A DNA stretch of 64,000 nt from Lama glama (Eukaryota), in the NCBI GenBank assembly GCA_028534125.1, contig CM052817.1:94056001-94120000 (forward strand), given 5' to 3'. Each line of letters begins with the position of its first letter. The first letter of the stretch is position 1. The position numbers were made by a program, and so were the translations under genes. Below, piece after piece: positions 1 to 12,765 of this stretch. The notes beneath the pieces were generated by a model. That model worked only from the letters and a program-made list of their open reading frames with translations. It searched no databases and was not told the DNA's origin.

Positions 1-255
1 AGCTATAAATACATTATATATACTATATTATTTACTAAATCAGGGCTATTAGGGAAAAAACCTTAGGAGCTTCCATACTCTCAACAAAAGAAAAAGTTAT
101 TAAGAAGTGACCCAAATTAAAATTTTGTTACAGTCAAGACCTGGCCATAGCAAGCCAACAAGGATTGTTTTAGTACATAGATTTTCCCTATATAATTTTA
201 AAGGTTTTTCTTTTTATAATTAACAAAGCTAACATTTTTTTAGCATTTAAATTTG

Positions 256-450
256 GCTCCTGTGCTAAGTGGTTTACATATATTATCTCTTAATCCTCAG
301 ACTCAATCTATAAGGTAATACGATAGTATCCCCATTTTACAGGTGAAGAAACAGGGCTTACATTACCTGCTTTCAAGGTCATGCAAATAAGTGGCAAGAT
401 TGGAATATGAACCAAATGATTCTGGAACCCATGTTCAGCCAGTACACTAA
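256..450 (-). mobile_element. MIR SINE fragment (intronic)
   Basis: MIR core in antisense: ccccattttacaggtgaagaaacagggc...aaggtcatgca. Confidence 0.75.
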
Positions 451-942
451 ACTCCTTTCCTTCAAAATGCCATAAACACTCCTATCTTGATAAAAATTTT
501 CCTTAACTTAGAGCTCTGTTATGTACCACAAATATTCAAAATGTCAGGAGGATTCTAAGTTTTCAAGTTACGATCATAATTTTTCAGATGTCTTTTCAGT
601 TCTTTTTTGTTTGTTTTTGCCATGTCAAAATCTAGGATTTGAACCTAGCTTGCTCCAAATCCATCACATCACTTCACTAAACTGCCTCTTTACGAAAAAA
701 AATAAAATAAAATTAGCAAGATCCCTAACCCACAGTGTGTTCATATTCTGTATATTTATGACATGTGTACCCAGCCAAGAAAATTTTCATCTAAAATAGG
801 TATGCATATTCTGTGGAGTATGCCCCTTATTACTTTATCCCAAACATATATTCAGTCGCATGTCTTTTTCAGATTTTATGTTTTTAAAAATTGTGGAATC
901 AAGCACATGACTGTCAGAGGGATAACGCCAGGGGCATTGTAT

Positions 943-1075
943 TAAGTTAGAGATACCTGGGTTCTGATATCATCCCCTCTGCTGCTAATTTAGCTGTGTG
1001 ACCTTGGGCAAGTCACATAGTTTCTCTGGATCTTAATTCTCATCTGCAAAATGAGAAGGTATGACTGAAAGTTAC
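943..1075 (+). mobile_element. MIR SINE fragment (intronic)
   Basis: tagctgtgtgaccttgggcaagtcac...ctcatctgcaaaatg matches the MIR core. Confidence 0.8.
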
Positions 1076-1245
1076 CTAAATTTATTTCTAGCTAATTTTA
1101 TGTGTCCCTATGTTTGGCACTTTGTAGTAAAGGTTAAGCCGTGTAATTTTAGTAATCTTGATTAAGCATTATATGTTAAGATTTCAGTTATTTGGTTCAT
1201 GGTGTGAGAATCACTCCCTTGTTTTGTCTCTACTGATACCAAAAG

Positions 1246-1352
1246 AGAGAAGCATATGCACCTCGGATATTCTTTGAGGCTTCCAGACCTCCATGGTTTA
1301 CCCCCAGATCACAGCAAGACTGTTCTGAATACCTCAGGTTTCTACTAGACAG
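1246..1352 (+). CDS. USP38: USP38 internal coding exon (third from last), 107 bp
   Basis: Translates as REAYAPRIFFEASRPPWFTPRSQQDCSEYLRFLLD(R), containing the USP QQD..E box. Acceptor AG at 1244-1245; donor AG|GTAAAA at 1353. Ends in phase 2 (AG), completed by G at 2737 to give Arg. Not in the ORF track. Confidence 0.93.
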
Positions 1353-1538
1353 GTAAAAAGTATTTCTAAAGCTGTGATTTGAATTGTGTTCTTTCATAAC
1401 AGATTATTTTTACAGAACATTGTTTTTACCTGTAAAAACATTTTTCAGATGTTAATCTTTAAAATGCCTTGCATTTATTATATTTTTTTAATTGTTCTCA
1501 TTTTTAATTTGGTTTTTTTTAATCTTCTTACTTTAGAC

Positions 1539-1999
1539 CAGCTGTTCTCAATGTGTGGGACAAGGACCCCTAGGGAGTTACCAAAACACTTTCCTGGGTC
1601 TTCCCATTTCCAGCTCATATCTGTGCATATTATGTAGTTGAGGCCAGGTTTTCTTCATATACTTCATCCAGAATGGTGTATGACAGTAGACTGAACGCAG
1701 AGCAGATAGGAAGATCCAGCTGCCTTCTATTAAGCTAGAGACTTGAAATAATTGCAAAATGTGAAACAGTGCCATTCTTCTCACTAATTGTTTTGGTTTT
1801 AGAAAATATAACTTTTTCATTTTAAAAATGTTTATTTCTATTAACATGTGATTAGTTTATTATTGTTTTCAAATCTTTTATTTTACTATTTTTATTCTCA
1901 ATTTTTGAATACAGTAAATATTGATAGATATAACCACATAAATGAAACCGTACTTATTTTTTATAAAGGCGTCCTGAGACAAAAAATTTAATACCTGCT
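1539..1999 (+). mobile_element. hAT-Charlie non-autonomous DNA transposon with a transposase C-terminal remnant
   Basis: Starts cagctgttctcaa. 8-bp TSD ctttagac (1531-1538) / ccttagac (2000-2007). Decayed reading frame EARFSSYTS...RLNAE...IQLPSIK resembles the hAT dimerisation-domain end. Confidence 0.75.
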
Positions 2000-2389
2000 C
2001 CTTAGACCAGTTCCTAATTGAATGGATTTGGTAAATTTTACTGTCTTCTTACCACATAGTTAATAAGAAGAGCTACTATTTTCCTGTATTGCCTTCCTTC
2101 TGTTCTGTGAATGGCTAGTTGAGCTCGACATGTGCAACCCTCCTTCCATTCAGCAAGGATATGTTGAATGATTTCTTTCTGCCGGGATTTCTATGAAATG
2201 CCAGGCAGACAAAGATATATAAGACATTAATTGACATATAGAGTTGACTATAATAAGTGCTATAAAACAGCAGTATGAAGAAAGTGTAATGAGAATATAG
2301 GGTAGTAACAGTCCCTAACGTCTTGTCTGATCTACATTCTCAAACTGTTCAATATTCCTCTTGTTTAAAGGAAGAAAAACTTAAATATT

Positions 2390-2612
2390 TTATTTTTTCA
2401 TTTGGTTTTATTTTTTTTTTAAATTGAAGTACAGTCAGTTACAATGTGTCAATTTCTGGTGTACATACAGCACAATGTCCCAGTCATGCATATACATACA
2501 TAGATTCGTTTTCATATTTTTTATTAAAGGTTGTTAGAAGATATTGAACATAGTTCCCTGTGCTATACAGAAGAAACTTTTTAAATATATTTTTACATAT
2601 AGTGGCTAACAT
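2390..2612 (-). mobile_element. 5'-truncated L1 3' tail (intronic, antisense)
   Basis: Poly-T then aaattgaagtacagtcagttacaatgtgtcaatttctgg...atagttccctgtgctatacag; homologous to other L1 tails in the window. Confidence 0.8.
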
Positions 2613-2736
2613 TTTAAATTAAGCAAGATATTTGATAAAAATAATTCGGCTACTTATGTAAGCCACAAATGTTTTTAAACGGAAATGACATTTAAACTTA
2701 GGTGAAGAAGCTCTATAATGATATACTCTCCTGCAG

Positions 2737-4096
2737 GCTCCATGAAGAAGAAAAGATCTTGAAAGTTCAGTCCTCACACAAGCTGTCTGAAAGTATGGGG
2801 TACAATGAAACTTCTTTACAAGAAGTAGCCAGTAAGGCAGCTGTACTAACAGAGACCCCTTGCACAAGTGATGGTGAGAAGACATTAATCGAAAAAATGT
2901 TTGGAGGAAAACTACGAACTCACATATGTTGTCTGAACTGCAGGAGTACCTCACAAAAAGTGGAAGCCTTTACGGATCTTTCACTTGCCTTTTGTCCTTC
3001 CTCTTCTGTGGAAAACTTGTCTTTTCAAGATCCAGCATCATTACCCAGTACACAGGATGGTGGTCTAATGCAAGCCAGTGTACCTGGTCCTTCAAAAGAA
3101 CCAGGAGTCTGTAATCCAGCAACAGCTGCCTTTGTCTGTGACTCAGCTGTGAGTGAAAGAATGGTGGACAGTTCCAATGAGTTTCGCTGTACTGAAGAGA
3201 CTTCTGTCCCTAATGACTCTAGCAAGATTCTTGCTAATAAGGATGTACCTCAGAAACCAGGAGGTGAAATCACACCTTCAGTAACTGACTTACTAAATTA
3301 TTTTTTGGCTCCAGAGATTCTTACTGGTGACAACCAATATTATTGTGAAAACTGTGCCTCTCTGCAGAATGCCGAGAAAACTATGCAAATTACGGAGGAA
3401 CCTGAATACCTAATTCTTACTCTCCTAAGATTTTCATATGATCAGAAGTATCATGTGAGAAGAAAAATTCTAGACAATGTATCACTGCCACTGGTTTTGG
3501 AGTTGCCAGTTAAAAGAACTACTTCTTTCTCTTCATTGTCAGAAAGTTGGTCTCTAGATGTTGACTTCACTGATATTAGTGAGAATCTAGCTAAAAAATT
3601 AAAGCCTTCTGGGACTGAAGAAGCTTGCTGCCCAAAATTGGTGCCCTATCTATTAAGTTCCGTTGTCGTTCACTCTGGTGTATCCTCTGAAAGCGGGCAT
3701 TACTACTCTTATGCCAGAAACATCACAGGTACGGAGTCCTCATACCAGATGTGCCACCAGCCCGAAACTCTGGCGTTAGCCTCCTCCCAGAGTCATTTAC
3801 TAGGGAGAGATAGTCCCAGTGCAGTGATTGAACAAGATTTGGAAAATCAGGAAATATCAAAAGAATGGTTTTTATTTAATGACAGCAGAGTGACGTTTAC
3901 TTCATTTCAGTCAGTCCAGAAAATCACGAGTAGATTTCCAAAGGACACAGCCTATGTGCTTTTGTATAAAAAACAGAACAGCACTAATGGTTTAAGGGGT
4001 AATAATTCAACCAGTGGACTCTGGGTAAATGGAGACCCACCTCTCCAGAAAGAACTAATGGATGCCATAACAAAAGACAATAAGCTGTATTTACAG
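2737..4096 (+). CDS. USP38: USP38 large penultimate coding exon (1360 bp), C-terminal part of the USP catalytic domain
   Basis: Lies within ORF 2702..4105. Acceptor ctcctgcAG|G at 2735-2736; donor CAG|GTAAGT at 4097. Contains the CLNC and CENC finger cysteines, His box VVVHSGVSSESGHYY (His codon 3698-3700) and WFLFNDSRV (Asn-Asp 3878-3883). Protein recognised as USP38. Confidence 0.97.
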
Positions 4097-5633
4097 GTAA
4101 GTTGAAAATAGAAGCTTCATCATTTGTGAAAAATATTTAAACAGTTGACAGGTGGTTAAATGAGTGCCCTTAATTTTGAAATCCAACTTCTACATTTTCA
4201 AGGTGATAATTTTGAATTTTGAATCTGGGTTTATATGAAATAGGTTCAACCTATGGAACTAAATTTTCTTTCTAATGTTAGGAATTAGTTATGAAAAGTA
4301 GCAATTAGATGCAGTATAGAAGACTTTCTTTGTTTTTAATTACAAAAGATGAGATTATTGTAAAATCATTCCATACAGAAACACTGGAAGTTTAATAAAA
4401 TGGAAGTATTTTCTTCTTCTCTTCAGTCCCATCTGCCAGGGGAAACAACTGCCAAATTTGGCATTTATTCCTTCTAGATATTTGTATAAATACTGTAAGA
4501 ACTATTTCTTGACAGTCAGGTGGGTAACATAAAGGACACTAAAGATAGGATATTTTTATTCTTTAAGGATCTGATCAGTAAAACCAAGGCTATAAAAGAA
4601 CAATTAATAAGAAAAACCATGGGTAAAAGGTTTCATATGAACTAAACTTACTTATAAATGTAATTTTCACAAAGAGTTACTGATTTTTCTTACTTTAAAA
4701 TTAATAAAGACCTTGCTGAAAGTATTTTTCTTTGAAACCTGCCAACTTGCTATCAACATAAAAGATAGGCAGTAAATTGAAGTTGAAGTTGCAGGTGTAG
4801 TAATTAGGTGTTGCAAATGATTTTAAGTTTCTAAAAATTTTGTGTTTGAAAGTCACAAAACTAAAAGATATAGAATAAGAGAAGAAATGGTACTGATTTT
4901 CAGAGGGAAGTTTATTCAAAAGTTTTCACATTTACTATACTGTAAAATAAGTAATGATACATGATACATTTTACAGGAAAAAATCAGAAACACAGAATAT
5001 TTGTTAGAATTATCCACTAGCAAAGATTCTAACATCCAGTCAGAAGGTTTATGATCAAGGTAATAGACTATATTCAACCATGTCCTTCTTGCTAGATATC
5101 AAATGATATTGCACTTGATAAGAATCATCATGATTCTTGAAGACTGGAGAGTGAAGGTAAGAGGGTTAGATTGAAATAGAAATTTTCTAATATGTAAAAT
5201 ATAAAAATAAGACTCAGTACAATCTTGACTTTTGGAAACATGCAGAAACTCATCAAATTTATGTGACTGGAATGCCAAAAGCTCTTACAACCATAACAAC
5301 TACTTGTATTGCAGCCTAGCTCTAAATGATTTTCTCTGTCTTGCCATTTACCCAATTACATCCTGATTTTACAGTGTTTATGTGTGATGAGCCATTCTTT
5401 TCATTATTGTTTTAAGACCCTTCTCTCACTGTAAAGGAGAACTATTATATACCTTGTTAATTCAGTTTCTCAGTGTTGTGCAGTAGTTTTAAGTTGCATC
5501 TTAAGTCTCAGATTGGCCATTTGTTTAATGCGAAAAAGATAATGCTAAATTTTACTTTAAGGTATTTACTTGCCTATATTAAGACAGGCTGTTAAAGCTT
5601 CATTATCAAAGTGCCTTTTTAAAGCAAATTATA

Positions 5634-5790
5634 CAGGGAGGGTGTAGCTCAATTGGTAGAGAGCACACTTAGCATGCATGAGATCATGGGTTCAATCCCC
5701 AGTACCTCCTCTAAAAATGAATAAGTAAAACTACCTCCCCTCAACAAAAAAAATGTTTAATTAAAAGATACAAAGTTTATTTAAGAAAAA
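5634..5790 (+). mobile_element. tRNA-Ala(AGC)-derived SINE (camelid vic-1-like)
   Basis: A box tagctcaattgg, ttagcatgc anticodon arm, B box ggttcaatccc, A-rich tail. 14-bp TSD taaagcaaattata at 5620-5633 and 5791-5804. Confidence 0.88.
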
Positions 5791-8679
5791 TAAAGCAAAT
5801 TATAATAATACTCTTGATTAGAAATTTAAATATAGTTAGACTGTATTATTCACTTTTAAATACAACAATGTAATTGATGCAGTTTGAATTATGATGTAAC
5901 ACATAAAACAGTTGTAGAAAACTTAAATCTTAATAAAAGGAAGGGTGTGGAGTTAAGTCACAACTAGATTTACAGGAGTTAGAAACTCTTGCTCTTTCTA
6001 GTGTTGGCAGGATTGGTGGTTTTGAAATGCCTGGGCAAAAAATCCTGTCTGACAAACCATTTTCTACTTTGTCGTATGCTGACACATAGGAGACCAATGT
6101 AAATTGTGGATCTTGAAGTAAATTTTGAGAAAGGCTTGTCTTTTCATATGTTTCTCTCCCCTCAGTCCAACTTCCATTAGGAGTATCTCCGTTATTTTAG
6201 AGTCTGGACTGCAAAAATCATGCCTTTGGTTAGGATCCTGGGAGAGCTGTAAGTTTCACCACCATTGCACTGCGGAGATCATACCTAGCCCCGCCTGTCC
6301 CACACCAGCTGCAGGCAATTCTCCCCTTGCTTGTTGGGTTTCTTTGTTTCCTTGGAGGAGGTGGTAGTTTAATGTCTTAATATTTTGCTTTGTCATACAT
6401 ACAGAAGAGTATACATTATATCTGTGTAGTTTAAAGGGAAAAAATGGATTAATTTAATGTTAACAGATTTACTTGAATGAGAAATCTAAATATACTGAAA
6501 GGTTTTTGTCCCAAAGCAATAGTAACTCTTATTTCACTAGGTCAACTGTCTACTGCTGAAATAATTAACTTTCATACTTGATATAAAATTGGGATGTAAA
6601 TTACATATGCTGTGAGACTCATAATTTGTGACATTTACATAATATTTTCATCTATATTAAAAGAAATAAAATGAAAAGCCTACTTTTATCCATTGTTTAA
6701 GCTTCTAAAAACAGAATTTCATACGTTTTTCTTGTTAGCCATGTATTTGTGTAAATAGATACGAAAGCAGAAAGGAATATTACTTTCTTGGGATGCTCTG
6801 TCTTGAAATATAATATAGGTTTCAAGAGTCTCAGAAGCAATGGAGTTACTAACTCAATTTTTTTGTATTTTGTATCTCCTTCAACATAGCTTCTGGCAGG
6901 AAATCACTTTTCAACAAAGTCCAGGCAAAATTCACCATATCTTTTAGGAATAGAACACCTTGAACTCCACCTACCATATTCATTAAGTTTAATTTCTTTC
7001 TTTAGGGAACATGTGCAAATCTTAAACCAGATATTATTTCTTAGATACAGAGTCATATTTTCATTGATTGTTTAGCTGGTTTAATAGGTTATAGAGCAGA
7101 GGATTTTTGTTTCTTATTTTTGTGTCTATTTCCGAAATAAATATGGTTTTTATTTTCTGTATGTTAAAGAAAAAATCTATAATTCTTACATTAACTTTAC
7201 AGATTGAAGAATAAATTAACATATCTCCTGGAAAATATTGTGTGGTTAGCCACTATACAGAGAAGCCAGTTATAAATGTTGTAAATGATAGAGTAAATGG
7301 AAAAAATGTTTTTGAGAAATATCCTGCAAATTAAGTTTGAAAGCCTCTCTGAGGCCTGTCAGAGACTGGTTAATTAAGCCATTCTACTATGAGGATTTCT
7401 TATCTAAGGTCACAGTCAGCCATAGAAAAAATATGTGGTTCTTGATAATCTGTGTACTGGGAAATCGCACAGCAGTCACTGTGTGCTACTGAGAAACAAG
7501 GTGTCCATAATATGACAGATACATGTCAGGGTAAGCCTGGGGGGTTTTCTCCATAGTGAAAAACTGGACATCTCATGAAGGAGGTAGAATAGTCAACTAA
7601 GAAATTTTAGCTAGAAATTATAAAATAATAGTACTATGTCCTGGAGGAGCAAAGTAGTGAGGCTTTTAGTTGAAAAACTGGAAATCGTACAGTTTTTGTT
7701 ATTCATGCTGAGTGTACTGTGAAGGTTCTTTAAGATGATGACACCCAACCAGTTAAGGGTTGTGCTGTTACCTGGCTTGCAGGCCTTGCTCACAGTGATG
7801 ACCTCTTCAGAAAGTTATAGACTCTTTCCCAGAAAAAGGGGTCTGCCAGAATATTCTCCCTGTTCTTACAAGGAGTTTGTGCCAGTTGTAGAATCTAGTT
7901 CTTCACCTTGTCAAATGAATTTGCAGTTGATTTATTTATGAGTAAATAAATATTCACATAGACTCCTTTTGTAGCTAAGTACCTAGTAGTGTTCCAATCT
8001 GAGGTCATTAATACTCACTGAGCACCTAATACTTGTCTGACACTGAGATGAATATGGTTCCTTATAAAAGTTCTAGTAATCTGGTAGGGAAAAGCATTAA
8101 GTAATACTGTAAGGAGACAGGCTCCATTGTGCTTAGCAGTGTTTCTGGTATCTTTTATTTACTGAGAAATATTCTGAGGAAAGAATAGAAAAAAATTCAG
8201 CCTTCTTTCATTATTTATGGTTTTTACTGTAATCGCCCACTCCCAAAATGGTCCCACTTGATGGGGAGTAGATAATCCACTGTCATGACCTTTGAATTCT
8301 CTGTTCTGTGTATTAGAAAAGAAATCCATTCCTGTATGTGTGGATGAGTGTTGCAAGAACTGTAATATTTCTGTAGAGAAATTTTAAGTATGGGGCTTCA
8401 GTTTCCTCTTCTATAAAGTGAGGTATTGAAACAACACGGCCTTTAGGATCTGTCATTCCGTAGAGTTATACCAGGATTTTGCTATCTTGTTTGCTCCATC
8501 TGTGGTTATGTACTTTACTTTAGTAAGATTTGGTAAGGATCAGTGTAATCAATATTTTTACAGTCACTGAGAGTTGAAGGATGCGTATTGAGGCAATTTT
8601 AAAATATTTATATATAGGTGCTGTGTCCATCCATGTGTATTTAGAATTTTAATTTCATAAAAATTATTTTTAATTTTAG

Positions 8680-8841
8680 GAACAAGAGTTGAATGCTCGA
8701 GCCCGGGCCCTACAAGCTGCATCTGCCTCCTGTTCATTTCGGCCCAATGGATTTGACGACAATGATCCACCAGGAAGCTGCGGACCAACTGGTGGTGGGG
8801 GTGGAGGAGGATTTAATACTGTTGGCAGACTCGTATTTTGA
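8680..8841 (+). CDS. USP38: USP38 last coding exon (CDS part), 53 aa plus TGA
   Basis: Acceptor ttttAG|GAA at 8678-8679, phase 0 matching the previous donor. Reads EQELNARARALQAASASCSFRPNGFDDNDPPGSCGPTGGGGGGGFNTVGRLVF*, the USP38 C-terminus; TGA at 8839-8841. Confidence 0.96.
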   Translation, partial: EQELNARARALQAASASCSFRPNGFDDNDPPGSCGPTGGGGGGGFNTVGRLVF

Positions 8842-11800
8842 TGCTGAGAGAGTCCAAATGCACTGGTCACAAAACAGCCAATACTATGACTGTTAAAATG
8901 TCAGACTGTAACAAGTATCTTACCTATCTTTTATTTTTCTTTTCATTAGACCCTTATACTTTGAGAAAACACATTCAGTGCTTGTTTTTATTTTCTTGAC
9001 AATACATTTATTAACAAAATGCATCATGGGAAAAAAATCTACCTCTTAAAATTCCATTTGCTTTTATGGTTAGACATGCTTGACCAAAAATTTTCAGAGG
9101 AAAATATATACCTGGTCCCTAATTAAGCTGCATTAAATTTAGTAGAGGTATTTAAATGGTCCTGTCCTTGGTTTTACTGAAAGAAAAAGAAAATTTCATT
9201 TATTATCCTTTATAAAAGAATTGGTATTAGAGTTGAAGGAAATATTGTTAAAAAGGAAAGAAAAAATCCTTTATTTAGATTACCTGTGTAGTTACCCCAT
9301 TATTAAATTCAAGTCTTTGAAAATACTAGAGATGATACAGTCTCTCTTGAAGGCAATAACATAAAATTCATCCAGCTGTAGTACTTTTCAGGTTTGTGTA
9401 GTGCTGTCTTCAGCATCACTGTATCTGCATTTCAAGTACAAATGTTTTAAAAAAGGATTATTTATACATATGTGCTGAATTGATTTTAAGAAAGGTGCAT
9501 GATCCTGTAGGAGCCACATTTTTACCTAAAAATTGCTAACTTTGTAGTATTTCTAATTGTTTGAGGATTTTAAAAATTCTATTTCAGGGAGTATATCTTC
9601 TGTGTGTTTTGAAGGAGGTGAGTTCTGTATGTGCCTTGCAGTACTGTAATTCAAAAATAGGAATCTTTGGCTGCGGAAAAGTTTTTTTTAAATGAAAAAT
9701 GAAAAATGTTAGGAAGTAATTTTTTTGTGCTAACATTAAAATTATAACTTTTTGAAAGGTATTAGATTTTCCTGAAGTAAAATCTGATGGTTCTAAATCA
9801 ATAAGTGTGATAGTTTGTTTTTAACTCTTAGAAGAATTCAGAGGAAATGAACCTAGTCACGTAAAAAAACTTTGATTTTTGTTACTAATCCTCAGAATAT
9901 TAAAAATTGATCACATATTTTTAGAGTTGTTCATCCAGGTTTTTCTGAGTTTGTTGTTGTTGTTTGAGTCATATGTTTTGCACAATTGTTTGTTTCACAG
10001 TTTGAGATAAAATGTCAAAATGTCGGCCTGTACCGTCCCACATGTTCTTTTGCCAGGAAACTGGCAACCATTTGGGGCTCCTGGGTCTTGATTACACAGT
10101 ATTCAGGAGTCAGCCCAGTTGTCCCCGTTCATAAAAGTTTTAACTTACCCATGGTTGCACATTGTTCTGAAGATTGGTCTCCTATTTATTTTGAAAACAT
10201 TTTAAGGAAAGAATGGCCTTTAGTGATTTGGGGTTTATCTTTTTCCCAAGCTTTTAATGGCAGGAGTTAAAAACAACTCCTCATCCTCATTCCACCGCGT
10301 CCCACTCCTAACCTGTTTCTAGTCACGAGGAAGATTAGGAAACCTGACTGGATTCGTTTAAACTGGAAATTCTTTGCAGAATTGATTAAGCTTTCTCTTC
10401 CGTATAAATCACTGACCCAGAAGGACTTTTATCAACTTCCTTTCCTGTGGACTTCCTATTCTCATAGTGGGTGTCTGAGCTACCCAATGTGTTCAGTTGT
10501 CCACTGGCTAGATAATGACTTACAGTCAGGTTATATCAGTCTTAGCATTTACTAAAATTGGTAAAGTCATTAAATATTTGCTGGGTTGATATTGGGTTCA
10601 GCTGCTTCTATGGGAAACTTCCATAAAGACCATTAGACCTACCCAAAGTTTTATCTATGATCATTTAAGGATCATATGTCTCAAGGTAATACATACTGAA
10701 TTTTTTCCAAAATGATAACAGAAAGATAAAGTTCTAGTTATATAATATTACACATTTCAATAACTTCATACCAGTACCAAAGACTTGAAATTAAAGATTT
10801 CCTTTTAAGATTAAAAACACAGTAACATTATTTGCTGAATTTAAAGCATTTATACCTGTGGAAGACTTGGAACCAGAATAATCAGGAGCTTCAGTCAAAA
10901 ATTCATCCACCTGAGCCTTTTCAATAAGCTGATACTTAGGATTGCTCTGATGATTTTCCTCCTCAGTAATTAGCATCCCTCTCACTTGACTGCAGCTTGG
11001 TTTAGTTGTCATATTAGGTCTTCCCTTTCCCCATATTCCTAAGCCTTGTCCTTTCCTCTGCCTCTTGCATATGTTATGGTGTCTGACTGTGGAGGCTGGC
11101 TAGAGTACTACTACTATTTCTCTTCAGTTCAATCCAAGGCAATCAGTTAAGATGTAGCTGCTCATTTTGCTGAGAAGAGCACATTAGGTCTCACTACTAA
11201 CAAAAATTAAAAACTAGGCATCTAAGCCTTTTCCTCTCAAAGATCTTTACTGGCACACTGAGAACAGTAGAGGTTTTTTCAGAGAGCTATACAAAGAAGA
11301 AAATACAAATGTGGTTGGTCGTGTAAGCCTGGGTAACCCATCCTCTAGGCAGGTGCCTGTGAAACTGTCTTGTGACACTTCCATAGCTCGAGTTGGAGAA
11401 AGGAGTGTAGCTCAGTCTCCCTTCAGGCATCTTCCCATCACCTCTCTTCCAGCTGAATAACCAGAGAAGTAGGGCAACACTGGGCTAGAGATTCCTGACC
11501 TTTGTTTCCATACCTTAGGTTTCCAGAAGACTCCTGTGGATATAGGAATAAAGATCTCTCGTAATGTGTAGAGGTATTCGGGGACTTTGTGACAGGTTCA
11601 GAAGGCCGATTTTTAAGTCACATTTGGAAAGAACAAAAATATTTCAAAAGTAAGTCTTAAGCTCAGATCTATAATGTTCTTTTTCATTTAGATCTGTTCT
11701 TTTTATGATGTTATTTACAAAAGTACTTGTCTTTTCATATACTACCTCTTTAAGTACTTTCTGCTGCCCTCTTATGAAAGAGGATTGAATGCTTAATGTG

Positions 11801-12765
11801 TGCCCAGCACAGTTTAATTAAACATAATTGGCATAATCTTTCTAGTACCCAGATCTTAATGGAAATGACCATTTTGATATTGTGTACTTAGTTCCAGTTC
11901 TTAATCCCTAGTGTATCTTTTCCTATTGTGTACTCCACACAATATACTCTATACCAAGAGAGCTAAAACAGAGGAAATAATGTTTTACATTTATATATGG
12001 TATTTTTCCTCATAAAGGTGTTGTACTTTGTATATCCTTTTACCCTCTGTTTTTTCCTAATAAGATTAGGTTTCTAAAACTAAATATTCTGGAAGTAAAG
12101 GATAAGTTCTTCTCAGCTTATGAAAACTTACTAGAAAATGTTAACTTATTAATAATTCAGTAATACAATCTACAAGAATAAGGTTAAACTTTGGATAATG
12201 TGATCCTGTAACAAACAGGTTTAAAGAGAAAGCAAGGAAATATGAATTTAAAGTTACCCCAAAGAAGCTTTAAAAATAAGTCTAAAATATAAGCTGTTCT
12301 ATATACATATATATTCTTAGGCGTTTACCAAACTGTCATATCATCATAGAGCTAGCCTTATTTTGTTTTACTAAGTTAATTTTCTTATAGAGTCCTTTTT
12401 GGAAGTGAATGAAACTCAAAATGAATGAGGGATTTGAAAAAAACAAGGATTCAAAATAAACAGTGCTTGGAAAAAAGGCTGACTTAAAAAGCAACAGCAG
12501 CTTTTCCTGTATAAAAAGAAATTTTGCTAAAGAAATAATTTTTAAGAGATAAAGATTTTTATTCAACAAAACAAATCTCGGTTTTACAAATTCAAAGGGA
12601 TTTGTTATGTAAAACTTTTAGCCTCAGTGTTACATAACCAGTGTGGATTTAACATTAAAAATAGAATCTAAGAAGTCAGCCAAGTGTGTAGCCAGCTCTC
12701 ATCAGTGTCAGTTATGGCCTGCAGTTGTTTTTCTCTTAATAAATATGTTTTCAAGTTTTGCTTTG
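8842..12765 (+). other. USP38: USP38 3'UTR; a proximal form probably ends near 9920 and a distal form near 12760
   Basis: AU-rich, largely repeat-free sequence after the stop codon. The end points are inferred from poly(A) signals only. Confidence 0.55.
9899..9968 (+). terminator. Candidate proximal polyadenylation signal ATTAAA with a GU/U-rich downstream element
   Basis: ATTAAA at 9899-9904, followed by tttttctgagtttgttgttgttgtttg at ~9940-9966. Confidence 0.6.

Noticed and set aside
497..513. U12-type branch point TTTTCCTTAAC in the USP38 intron (another at ~42722)
   Set aside because: The nearest AG is only ~4 nt downstream, too close for U12 geometry, and no exon frame follows. The real acceptor is ~740 nt away.
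2702..2736. N-terminus MKKLYNDILSC of the 467-aa ORF as a translation start
   Set aside because: It begins at a GTG inside the intron. The coding exon starts at the AG acceptor 2735-2736, and the terminal VS* (4097-4105) is intron read-through.
8676..8896. ORFs 8693..8896 (+) and 8676..8870 (-, poly-Pro)
   Set aside because: Alternative-frame and antisense shadows of the USP38 last exon; the poly-Pro mirrors the poly-Gly codons.
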